Origin: an uncultured Verrucomicrobiae bacterium
GTDB taxonomy: Bacteria > Verrucomicrobiota > Verrucomicrobiia > Limisphaerales > JAFGQR01
Direction of reading: 5' to 3'
Length of the DNA: 64,000 nucleotides
Assembly: GCA_963788655.1 (NCBI GenBank)
Contig: CAWBHS010000049.1
Span: 32,001-96,000, forward strand
Shown here piece after piece: positions 33,018 through 41,998 of the stretch. The notes beneath the pieces were generated by a model. That model was not told the DNA's origin, did no database searches, and worked only from the letters and a program-made list of their open reading frames with translations. Every line of letters begins with the position of its first letter. The first letter of the stretch is position 1. The position numbers and the translations under genes were made by a program.

Positions 33018-34418
33018 CTAGTGCCGGGCTGAAACCCTGGTTGACGCGCGATTGGCAGTCGCCGAAGGCGCCGGCAACAGCGGAGCACCGGGCGGCGCAA
33101 TGCCGGCGATGGACAGGGACAAATCCGCCAGCACGATTTCCCGGCGGGTTCGTTCCTGGATTTCCTGGAGTTGGAAATTCAGCCAGGTGCGCTCGGCGTC
33201 AATCAGGTTGAAGAAATTAATCTGCCCGGCCAGATAACCGGCCCGGGCAATCTCGAGTGACTGACGCGTCTTGGGAATGAGCCGGTTCCGCAACAGGGCC
33301 AGGTTCCGCGTGACTTCGCGGTAATCGTAAGTCCGCAGCGCGAAGTCCACCGTTAGATTGATTTGTTCGGCGGTCAACCGCGCCTGCGCCGCCCCTTGCC
33401 CGAACTGGGCGGCGGCGATTTCCGCGGCGATCTTGTCCCGCCAGATCGGCAAGGTCATGCCCGCCTGCGGACGGAACATGGTGGGCGCATTCCAGACCTC
33501 CGCCATCAGGCCCAGATTGAAGTCCGGCACCTGCGCTTTGCGGGCCAGGGCAATCTGCGCTTCGGCCAGACGCACGCCGGCGGCCAATGCCTCGAGCCGG
33601 GGATTGCGCGCGAAGGCCGTTTCCAACAAGGTGTCGCCGCTCAAATCCAGGGGCGTTGATTCAAATCGACCGGGCAGCGGCGGGTCGGACTGCTCGTGGG
33701 TCATTCCGAGCGCACCCTTGAACTGCGCAATCAGCGGATGCCGCGAGTCCTCGAGATTGGCGATTTCGGTCGTCAATCGGTCCCGCTCGATTTGCGCGCG
33801 ATACACATCCTGAAGCGTCACCTTGCCGACTTCGTTCTGCGTCCGGGCAATCATTTCCAAGTCGGACAACAACTGCTGGGTCTGGCGGTCAATGCGGAGT
33901 TTGTCCTCCAGGAACCAGAGTTGATAATAAGCGCGCTTGACGGCGAAGCTGGTTTGCAGCACGGCGTTCTCGAAGGCAAAGTAGCGGACTTGGCTGACCG
34001 CCGAGGCCACGTCAGCCCGCGCCCGCAATTTGCCCGGTCCTGGAAAAGCCTGCATCAAACCGGGCATGACGGCCGTCACGATGTTCTTGATGTCCATCTG
34101 GAACGTCAGCACGGGATCAGGCCGCGACCGCGCCACAGTGATGTCTTCAACCGAGCCCGCCCAATCAAAGTAAGCCGCTTCAATCTGCGGTTGATTGAAC
34201 ATGGCATACGTGAGGAAGTCGCCCAGGGACGAATTGGTGGTGAGCGTGGGCAACGGGGGACGTTCCCCTTGAGGCCGATAGATGCTGGCCAGCGTTTGGG
34301 TTTGCTGGCGGGCTTGCCGTTCGCTGCGGGTGGGCAGGCCCGTGCAACCAGCCAGCACCACGATCCCCAGCAGGCTTGCCCCTGGCACGAGCGAGTGAAA
34401 TGTCGTTCTTGCTTGCAT
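33018..34418 (-). CDS. cusC: Second CusC/TolC outer-membrane factor
   Basis: LAGC lipobox, ARSRPDP, FPGPGKL, TLPIWRDK, FFNLIDAER. Confidence 0.87.
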   Translation of the reverse strand: MQARTTFHSLVPGASLLGIVVLAGCTGLPTRSERQARQQTQTLASIYRPQGERPPLPTLTTNSSLGDFLTYAMFNQPQIEAAYFDWAGSVEDITVARSRPDPVLTFQMDIKNIVTAVMPGLMQAFPGPGKLRARADVASAVSQVRYFAFENAVLQTSFAVKRAYYQLWFLEDKLRIDRQTQQLLSDLEMIARTQNEVGKVTLQDVYRAQIERDRLTTEIANLEDSRHPLIAQFKGALGMTHEQSDPPLPGRFESTPLDLSGDTLLETAFARNPRLEALAAGVRLAEAQIALARKAQVPDFNLGLMAEVWNAPTMFRPQAGMTLPIWRDKIAAEIAAAQFGQGAAQARLTAEQINLTVDFALRTYDYREVTRNLALLRNRLIPKTRQSLEIARAGYLAGQINFFNLIDAERTWLNFQLQEIQERTRREIVLADLSLSIAGIAPPGAPLLPAPSATANRASTRVSARH

Positions 34419-34521
34419 TCGCGTTGTTTCAATCGTGAGTAGCTCGACCGTAATAAACGCTGGAGCCACCGTTCATTCGACCGGGAATCTTATTGTCATT
34501 GCTTCCGGTCGTTGCACGGTA

Positions 34522-34549
34522 CCTACGCCGCTGGTTGAGAAATCCCTCA
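34522..34549 (-). promoter_or_regulatory. Putative ECF sigma promoter, copy 3
   Basis: TGAGGGATTT-N12-CGTAGG, ~100 nt upstream of the second cusC. Confidence 0.65.
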
Positions 34550-34723
34550 GAAGGATTCCGGTCATGTTTTCGTGTTTCATCGCCAGCGGTTCCTCGGGTT
34601 TCGTTTTTACCGGGTAGTGTCAAAGGAACATGGCGACCTGTTAAGCCGTTCGGCGTTGGTGCGAGTCCAACCCTGGCGGAGAGTCCTGGGATATTTATGT
34701 ATGGCGGTCTGCGCTTGTTCGGG

Positions 34724-35542
34724 TCAGCGCACGGCTTGGAACACTCGCAGCAGCCCAGCGAGTAACTTGGGCATGTCTGCCAGGGGAATCATGTTGGGGC
34801 CATCGCTGAGCGCGCGATCCGGGTCCGGATGCGTTTCGATGAAAACACCATTGGCCCCCGCCGCGAGGGCCGCCCGGGCGAGCACTGGTGCGTACTGGCG
34901 TTGTCCCGCCGAACGGTCACCACCGGCTCCGGGCAACTGCACCGAATGGGTGGCATCGAAAACGACCGGACAGCCGAAACTTTGCAGGATCGGGATGGCG
35001 CGCAAGTCCGCGACGAGGTTGTTATAGCCGAAGGTGGTGCCGCGTTCGGTGAGCAGCAGACGCCGGCCATCGAAACTTTTGGCTTTGGCGACGACTTGGC
35101 CCATTTCGGTCGGCGAAAGGAACTGCCCCTTCTTGATATTCACGATTTTGCCGGTCAACACAGCCGCCTCGATCAAGTCGGTTTGTCGGCACAGAAAGGC
35201 AGGAATTTGCAGGACGTCCACGACTTCACCGGCGAGGCTTGCTTGTGCTTCGGTGTGAACGTCGGTGAGCACGGGCAATCCCAGTTCGGACCGCAGCTTG
35301 GCCAGCGTTTGCAGACCGGCGTCAAGACCGGGACCCCGCGCTGAGCGGGCCGACGTTCGGTTGGCTTTGTCGAAGCTGGCCTTGAAAACGTAGGTGATCC
35401 CGAGGCGGGCGCAGGTGGTTTGCAGGCGCGTGGCGATTTTGAAACAGAGGGATTCATTTTCAATGACGCACGGCCCGGCCAGGAGGAATAGTCGGCGTCG
35501 ATTGGTCAATTGCTTCCACAAAGCGGTCGTTGCATCTCGCAT
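34724..35542 (-). CDS. kdsA: 3-deoxy-8-phosphooctulonate (KDO8P) synthase
   Basis: AGPCVIE, KASFDKANRTS, QIPAFLCRQTDL, KKGQF, ERGTTFGY, DATHSVQ. Confidence 0.96.
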   Translation of the reverse strand: MRDATTALWKQLTNRRRLFLLAGPCVIENESLCFKIATRLQTTCARLGITYVFKASFDKANRTSARSARGPGLDAGLQTLAKLRSELGLPVLTDVHTEAQASLAGEVVDVLQIPAFLCRQTDLIEAAVLTGKIVNIKKGQFLSPTEMGQVVAKAKSFDGRRLLLTERGTTFGYNNLVADLRAIPILQSFGCPVVFDATHSVQLPGAGGDRSAGQRQYAPVLARAALAAGANGVFIETHPDPDRALSDGPNMIPLADMPKLLAGLLRVFQAVR

Positions 35543-35829
35543 GGGCGCAGCCTAAGCAATCGCGCGAGGAATGCAAAGACTCGGATGGGAGCCGGGGATT
35601 TACGGAGCCGTGGAGGGTGGATTCGCCGAAGGTCCGAAGCGGGGAATTCCCAATTTTCAAATATCGGATTGCGGCGATGTTAAGAGCAATCGGTTGGAAA
35701 ACCCTAAAGCTCTTTGAAATGTTGCGGCCAGTGCCGGTGCGAGATAAGTGGAAAAAAAACGCATGGGTGCAGCGCAGGCAGCCCGGAACCCGACGCGGAT
35801 TTACCATTCAAGTTTCGTCCGATCCGGTC

Positions 35830-36140
35830 CCCTGTCTAGTTGCCCGGAGGCGGCGCACCTTCCGGCGCAAGGCTCTCAGGCACTGGCCCGCCTTTTGATT
35901 GAAGCCGGTACGCAGGATCCGTGTTCTTTGCCCTCATGATTCTTGCCGCCGATCCTGAACCCGCTTCGCCACGATCCATGGGATCGAATGTCCTCGCACC
36001 GCGACTTGGCCGTTGTTCGGCCTTCGCGAGAGATCGCCGACCATCCGACTTTACTCAGTTCTGCTGCGACGGCAGGATAGGTGTGGCTTGATGAAAGCAC
36101 GCTAACAACTACGGGCTCCCCTTCCGGGAGCCCGTTCTTC
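35830..36140 (-). ncRNA. Candidate structured RNA / orphan IS110-type non-coding end
   Basis: Dense stems in an intergenic region, two GGAA tetraloops on the minus strand, long stem CAGGATC/GATCCTG; identity inferred only. Confidence 0.4.
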
Positions 36141-36210
36141 GTGTACCGACAAAACCGCTGATGCGGCGAAAGTCGCAGGAATTCTGAGACGATTGTAAAC
36201 CGTGGCGCTA

Positions 36211-36357
36211 ACCAGAATGACCAAGGTCCAATGACCAAGGTCCAGAGAAGGCACAATTCTCAATGACCAATCTGAGTTCGACGCGCTGCCGATGCTCATT
36301 GGACCTTGAGCCTTGGCCATTTTCTGGTCATCGGAGATTGGTGCTTGGATATTTCTC
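36211..36357. repeat. Inverted arrays of 7-bp repeats
   Basis: ATGACCA AGGTCCA ATGACCA AGGTCCA on the left and complementary TTGGACC/TGGTCAT-type units on the right. Confidence 0.65.
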
Positions 36358-36405
36358 ACGTTTTCCCTTGGTTCGCGCGCGGTCGCAATCTTAGCCTGAA
36401 GGGCA

Positions 36406-37146
36406 ATGCCGGCGACCGGAACCAGCGCTGATCCACTGACACGATTGGCGGTCTTTCAAGCGTCCGGCCTTACCAAGGTGTATGCCATGGGTGAGGTCGA
36501 AGTGCCGGCGTTGACGGGCGTGGACCTGGAGTTGTACGAGAACGAATTTGTCGTGTTGCTGGGGCCTTCCGGGAGCGGCAAATCGACGTTGTTAAATATA
36601 TTGGGTGGATTGGATGTGCCCACGAGCGGGCAGGTTTATTATCATCGGGAGGAACTGACCGCCTTCGATGACGCCACGCTGACGCGCTACCGCCGCGACA
36701 CGGTCGGGTTTGTTTTCCAGTTTTACAATCTGATCCCCAGTCTGACGGCGCGAGAGAACGTGGCGCTGGTGACGGAAATTGCGTCCCATCCAATGACTCC
36801 CGAGGACGCGCTGCGATTGGTCGGATTGGGAGACCGAATGGATCATTTCCCCTCGCAAATGTCCGGCGGTGAACAACAGCGCGTGGCCATCGCCCGTTCG
36901 ATTGCCAAGCGCCCGCAAATCCTCTTGTGCGATGAACCGACCGGCGCGCTTGATGTGAAGACCGGCGTGCTGGTGCTTGAGGCCATTGAACGCGCCAATC
37001 GCGAATTGTCCACCACCACGGTGGTGATCACCCACAACGCCGCCATCGCCGCCATGGCCGACCGGGTGATCACGTTGTCCGGCGGTAAGATTTCGGGCGT
37101 GCATCGCAACCCGCAACGGCAGGCGCCCGCTACGTTGCAATGGTGA
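36406..37146 (+). CDS. ABC transporter ATP-binding protein (MacB/LolD-like)
   Basis: [29 protein letters not shown]. Confidence 0.93.
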   Translation: MPATGTSADPLTRLAVFQASGLTKVYAMGEVEVPALTGVDLELYENEFVVLLGPSGSGKSTLLNILGGLDVPTSGQVYYHREELTAFDDATLTRYRRDTVGFVFQFYNLIPSLTARENVALVTEIASHPMTPEDALRLVGLGDRMDHFPSQMSGGEQQRVAIARSIAKRPQILLCDEPTGALDVKTGVLVLEAIERANRELSTTTVVITHNAAIAAMADRVITLSGGKISGVHRNPQRQAPATLQW

Positions 37147-37162
37147 AAAGGTTCGACGACGC

Positions 37163-39526
37163 GTGACCGCCCTGCACCGCAAACTTATTCGCGATCTCTG
37201 GCAGATGAAAGGCCAGGCGCTGGCGATTGGTCTGGTGATGGCCAGCGGGGTGGCCATGTTCGTGATGTCGTTGAGCACACTCGAATCCTTGCAGGAATCG
37301 CGGGCCAAGTATTACGACCGCCACCGGTTTGCCGACGTGTTCGCGCAGTTGAAACGCGCCCCCAATTCGCTGACCGAACGCATCGCCGAGATTCCCGGCG
37401 TGGCGCGCGTGCAAACCCGGATTGTCAAGGACGTCAATCTCGACGTGGCCGGCCTGGCCGAACCGGCGGTGGGCCGGTTGATCTCGGTGCCCGTAGGCCG
37501 CCGGCCATTGCTGAATGACCTGTACTTGCGCCGCGGACGTTACCTTGACTCTGGCCGTTCCGGCGAAGCCCTGGTGAGCGACGCGTTTGCACAGGCGCAC
37601 CGCTTGAATCCCGGGGACCACGTGCTGGCCATCATCAATGGTCGCCGAAAACGGCTGCGGATCGTGGGCATTGCTTTGTCGCCCGAATACGTGCTGCAAA
37701 TTCGCACCGGCGATTTTGTGCCGGACGATCGCCGTTTCGGCGTGTTTTGGATGGGCTACGAGGAACTGGCCTCGGCGTTCAATATGGAAGGCGCGTTCAA
37801 TGATGTCTCCCTGGCGCTGACGCCCGGCGCCACCGAAGCGGAAGTGTTGCGGCGGTTGGATCGCCTGACCGAAACCTACGGCGGACTGGGCGCCTACGGC
37901 CGTGAAGATCAAGTGTCCAACCGGTATCTCTCCGACGAAATGAAGGGACTGCGCAGCATGGGCGTTATTGCGCCGCTGATCTTTCTGGGCGTGGCGGCGT
38001 TCCTGTTAAACGTGGTGTTGAATCGTTTGATTACCACGCAACGGGGAGAAATCGCGGTGCTCAAGGCGTTTGGCTACACCCACGGCGAAGTGGGACTGCA
38101 CTATCTTGAATTCACGTTGCTGTTGGTGGCGGTGGGGGTGGTGCTGGGAACCGGAGCCGGAATCTGGTTGGGACAGAATTTGACCGAAATGTATGCCCGG
38201 TTTTATCGGTTTCCCTCGTTTGACTATCACCTCAGCCTGCGGATTTTTTTCCTGGCCGTGCTGATCAGCAGCGCGGCGGCGATGGCGGGTGTGGCCAGCG
38301 CGGTGCGGCGGGCGGTCCGCCTGCCGCCCGCCGAAGCAATGCGCCCGGAGCCGCCGGTCGTTTATCGGCCGACAATCGTGGAGCGTTGGGGGCTCCAACG
38401 GTTCTTTGCGCAGCCGACCCGCATGATCTTGCGCCACCTTGAACGTTGGCCGGTGAAGAGCGCGTTGTCGGTGTTCGGCATTGCTTTGGCAGTGGCCATT
38501 CTCGTGGTTGGCAGCTTCATGAAAGACGCCTTGGACTATATCATGCAGTTCCATTTTGCCATCGAACAACGCCAGGACATGCAGGTGACCTTGGTGGAAG
38601 CCTCCTCCCGCCCGGCGCTGCACGCCATTCGCCGGCTGCCTGGCGTTCAGTATGCTGAGCCGTTTCGGAGCGTGCCCGTGAAATTGAAATTTGAGCATTA
38701 CGCGAAGCGCGTCGGCATTATGGGATTGGAAGAAGGAGGCCGGTTGTTCCGTTTGCTGGATGCTCAGGAACAGGCTGTGACGCTTCCGCCGGGCGGCTTG
38801 GTGCTGTCCCAGAAGCTGGCGGAGTTGTTGCACGTCAATGTTGGCGAAACAGTCCTGGTGGAAGTATTGGAAGGCGAACGGCCCGTGCGGGAAATTCCGG
38901 TGACCGGTGTGGTGGAAGAGTTTTCGGGACTGAACGCATTTATGAGCCTCCCGGCACTAAACCGATTGCTTCGGGAAGGCCCCGTGATTTCCGGTGCTTT
39001 TCTCGAAGTGAATGCGGCTTTGCAGGACACGCTTTATCACACGTTGAAAATGACACCGCGCGTGGCGGTGGTCACAGTAAAGGAAGCCGCGCTTTCCAGT
39101 TTCCGCGACACGGTCGGGGAAAATTTCATGCAGATGAGATTGTTTAACATGATTTTTGCCAGCATCATTTCGTTCGGCGTGGTGTACAACACGGCGCGCA
39201 TTGCCTTGTCCGAGCGCAACCGCGAGTTGGCCACGTTGCGCGTCATCGGGTTCACGCGGGCGGAGATTTCAATGATCCTCCTGGGCGAAATGGCGTTTCT
39301 CACGCTGGCCGCCATTCCGCTGGGATTGGTGTTGGGACGGGGATTATCGGCGCTGCTCACCCGGGCGATGGACACGGAATTGTATCGCATTCCGCTGGTC
39401 ATCTACCCCGCGACTTATGGCCTGGCCGCTGCCGTCGTGCTGGGCGCCGCACTCCTGAGTGCTTTGGTGGTACGGCGCAAGTTGGATCACCTGGATTTGG
39501 TGGCGGTCTTGAAGGCGCGCGAATAA
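37163..39526 (+). CDS. ABC exporter permease with two FtsX domains
   Basis: RKLIRDLW, QRGEIAVLKAFG, SERNRELATLRVIG. Confidence 0.92.
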   Translation: MTALHRKLIRDLWQMKGQALAIGLVMASGVAMFVMSLSTLESLQESRAKYYDRHRFADVFAQLKRAPNSLTERIAEIPGVARVQTRIVKDVNLDVAGLAEPAVGRLISVPVGRRPLLNDLYLRRGRYLDSGRSGEALVSDAFAQAHRLNPGDHVLAIINGRRKRLRIVGIALSPEYVLQIRTGDFVPDDRRFGVFWMGYEELASAFNMEGAFNDVSLALTPGATEAEVLRRLDRLTETYGGLGAYGREDQVSNRYLSDEMKGLRSMGVIAPLIFLGVAAFLLNVVLNRLITTQRGEIAVLKAFGYTHGEVGLHYLEFTLLLVAVGVVLGTGAGIWLGQNLTEMYARFYRFPSFDYHLSLRIFFLAVLISSAAAMAGVASAVRRAVRLPPAEAMRPEPPVVYRPTIVERWGLQRFFAQPTRMILRHLERWPVKSALSVFGIALAVAILVVGSFMKDALDYIMQFHFAIEQRQDMQVTLVEASSRPALHAIRRLPGVQYAEPFRSVPVKLKFEHYAKRVGIMGLEEGGRLFRLLDAQEQAVTLPPGGLVLSQKLAELLHVNVGETVLVEVLEGERPVREIPVTGVVEEFSGLNAFMSLPALNRLLREGPVISGAFLEVNAALQDTLYHTLKMTPRVAVVTVKEAALSSFRDTVGENFMQMRLFNMIFASIISFGVVYNTARIALSERNRELATLRVIGFTRAEISMILLGEMAFLTLAAIPLGLVLGRGLSALLTRAMDTELYRIPLVIYPATYGLAAAVVLGAALLSALVVRRKLDHLDLVAVLKARE

Positions 39527-39533
39527 CCGAAAA

Positions 39534-40736
39534 ATGAAAGTAACCAAAGGTCATTTGTGGGCGGGGCTCGTTGCGCTGATCGTCGCGGGTGCGCTTGCCT
39601 ATGCTTTTTGGCCGAAACCGGTTCCGGTCGATTTGGCCTCCGTGGTGCGGGGATCGCTCCAAGTGACGGTCGAGGACGATGGCAAAACGCGCATCAAGGA
39701 ACGCTACGTGGTATCCGCGCCGGTGGCGGGAAGATTGCAGCGCGTGGAATGGAAGGAAGGCGATCCCGTCGAGGCAGGCAAGACCTTGCTGGCGGTGATC
39801 GATCCGTCGGACCCGGCGCTGTTGGACCCGCGGGCCCACGCTCAAGCCGAGGCGCAGGTGAACGCGGCGGAAGCCGCTCGCAAACAGGCGCGGGCCAATT
39901 TGGACCGGGCCCGGGCCACTGAACAACTCGCCAAGGCCGACCTGGCCCGCGCCAAAAAACTGTTGGCCCAGGGAGCGATGTCCCAACAGTCATTCGATAG
40001 CGCCGAGGAACGACAAGTCTCCGCCACCGAGAACACGAAAGCCGCCGATTATGCCGTGCGCATCGCGGAGTTCGAACTGGCTCAAGCCCAGGCGGTGTTG
40101 CGGCGCGTTCAGCCGCAGTCTTCGGCGGCTGCCGATCCGCCGCGGTTCGAAATTGTCGCCCCGGTAAGTGGTCTCGTGCTGCGGCGCTTCCAGGAGAGCG
40201 CGACGCCGGTGACGCCCGGCATGCCTTTGGTCGAAGTGGGCGATCCGGCCGACTTGGAAATTGTCGTCGATGTGCTTTCCAGCGATGCGGTCAAAATCCG
40301 TCCCGGAATGAAAATGTGGCTCGAACACTGGGGCGGTGGACAGCCATTGCTGGCGCGGGTGCGGCGGATCGAACCGGCTGCGTTCCTGAAAGTCTCCGCG
40401 CTGGGTGTTGAGGAACAGCGTGTCAATGTGATCGGAGATTTCGCCGAGCCGGTGGAATCGCGCGCCACCCTTGGCGATGCCTACCGTGTCGAAGTCCGCA
40501 TCGTGATTTGGGAAGGAGAAGACCTGCTCACAGTGCCTGCCAGTGCCCTGTTCCGGCATGATGAACACTGGGCCGTCTTTCAGGTCGTTGCCGGACGCGC
40601 ACGCCTGCGCCGGGTCGAGATCGGCCACCAGAACGGCCTCCAAGCCGAAGTGCGGTCCGGTTTGTCAGCCCAGGATCAAGTGGTGCTGTTTCCCGGCGAT
40701 CGCATAAAAGACGGGATCAAAGTAGTTGGGCGCTAA
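39534..40736 (+). CDS. HlyD/MacA-type periplasmic adaptor
   Basis: N-terminal TM, VSAPVAG, coiled coil, APVSG, SALGVEEQRV. Confidence 0.9.
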   Translation: MKVTKGHLWAGLVALIVAGALAYAFWPKPVPVDLASVVRGSLQVTVEDDGKTRIKERYVVSAPVAGRLQRVEWKEGDPVEAGKTLLAVIDPSDPALLDPRAHAQAEAQVNAAEAARKQARANLDRARATEQLAKADLARAKKLLAQGAMSQQSFDSAEERQVSATENTKAADYAVRIAEFELAQAQAVLRRVQPQSSAAADPPRFEIVAPVSGLVLRRFQESATPVTPGMPLVEVGDPADLEIVVDVLSSDAVKIRPGMKMWLEHWGGGQPLLARVRRIEPAAFLKVSALGVEEQRVNVIGDFAEPVESRATLGDAYRVEVRIVIWEGEDLLTVPASALFRHDEHWAVFQVVAGRARLRRVEIGHQNGLQAEVRSGLSAQDQVVLFPGDRIKDGIKVVGR

Positions 40737-40836
40737 GCAGACGCTGACCAAGCAAGTGTGGGGGGAGAACGTATTTGGTGAACCAAGTCCGAGCGGCAGG
40801 AATCGAGGGAAAAACGAAACGAAGAACCGCGGCCAA

Positions 40837-41643
40837 CTATTTGCCCAGGTTGTAGTACCTGTCAACTTGCTTCGTTTGCATGTCGTCCACAAAGTCGCTG
40901 CTCAACGCCTCGATGTGGCCGTCCATGAAACTGATGTTGACTTTCCCCAGATGGGGGACTGGCGAACCTTTGGCGGAGGCAGATGACGGTACAAATCCGG
41001 CACCGCACAGTCGTTTCGGATCTTCGTTGACCAGCAAAACCTTATGCACGGGATTGAAGACCGCCGTGCTCAACACACCTCGTTTTCCGACGTAAGAATC
41101 TCCAAAAGGTTTGCCAGGATCCAGCCACGCGTTCGCCGCGTAGTTCACGCGCAACGCTTCGCCGAGTCGGCCCGTGCTGGGACAACGGTAAACCGGATAC
41201 ACTTCCTTGAATTTTTCGTCGTAGTCCATTCGCTTCCGGCTCATCACGTAGGGAAACAGCGATCCTGCCTCCGCGTGAAAACCGAACGAAGCGTCATTCC
41301 ATCGCTCAGGACTGGACAAGTCGGTTGCCGGTTGTCCTCCCGCGCACCAGTCCGGTTCGTAATACTTGTTGTGATTGGCCCGATCCGGTTCACCACCGGG
41401 CCACGGGTAGTAATCGCCGTTTTCGTCGGCGTACATGTTGAACGCCAAACTGAGTTGCCTCATGTTGCTGCGGCACATGACTGCCCGGCTTTTCTCCTTG
41501 GCACTTTGCAACGCGGATAGCAGCAGGGCCGCCATGATCCCAATCACGGCGATCACGACGAGGAGTTCAATCAGGGTAAAGCCTCTCTGCCACCTTGGTT
41601 CCCAAGGATAACCACGACCGGTTTCCGTGGTTGCTATTTGCAT
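40837..41643 (-). CDS. Prepilin-type N-terminal cleavage / H-X9-DG domain protein
   Basis: GFTLIELLVVIAVI, CRSNMRQL, CPS, HLGKVNISFMDGH. Confidence 0.9.
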   Translation of the reverse strand: MQIATTETGRGYPWEPRWQRGFTLIELLVVIAVIGIMAALLLSALQSAKEKSRAVMCRSNMRQLSLAFNMYADENGDYYPWPGGEPDRANHNKYYEPDWCAGGQPATDLSSPERWNDASFGFHAEAGSLFPYVMSRKRMDYDEKFKEVYPVYRCPSTGRLGEALRVNYAANAWLDPGKPFGDSYVGKRGVLSTAVFNPVHKVLLVNEDPKRLCGAGFVPSSASAKGSPVPHLGKVNISFMDGHIEALSSDFVDDMQTKQVDRYYNLGK

Positions 41644-41998
41644 TTGTTTCTGTCTTCGGTTGTTAGGTGTTCGCGCTAACTAAGAAACTGAACCATTTTG
41701 CGGGGAAGATGCAAGCCAATTTTGCAGATTTTTCCGATGGCTTGTGAAACCTTTCTGGGTGCTTAGAAAATAAGACCTAATTGACTATTGGTGAACAGCT
41801 TATTCAGGGCGAGGTGAACGTAAAACCGGTCGCCATCGCCTTGTTCACCTTGTGCTAACAGGTTGTCCACACATAGTATGTTGGCAGAAATCGGTCGGTT
41901 CCCGAAACCATTGCCGGGAATCCTGCAACGGCGCTCCAGTAATAAATCCCAGCAGTTTTTGGTTCCCCACTGGCGACGGCTTAACTTAGATTCCTGCC

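Noticed and set aside
35830..36140. SRP RNA, 6S RNA, tmRNA, RNase P or group II intron end
   Set aside because: I could not find their hallmark motifs by eye; kept only as an unidentified structured element.
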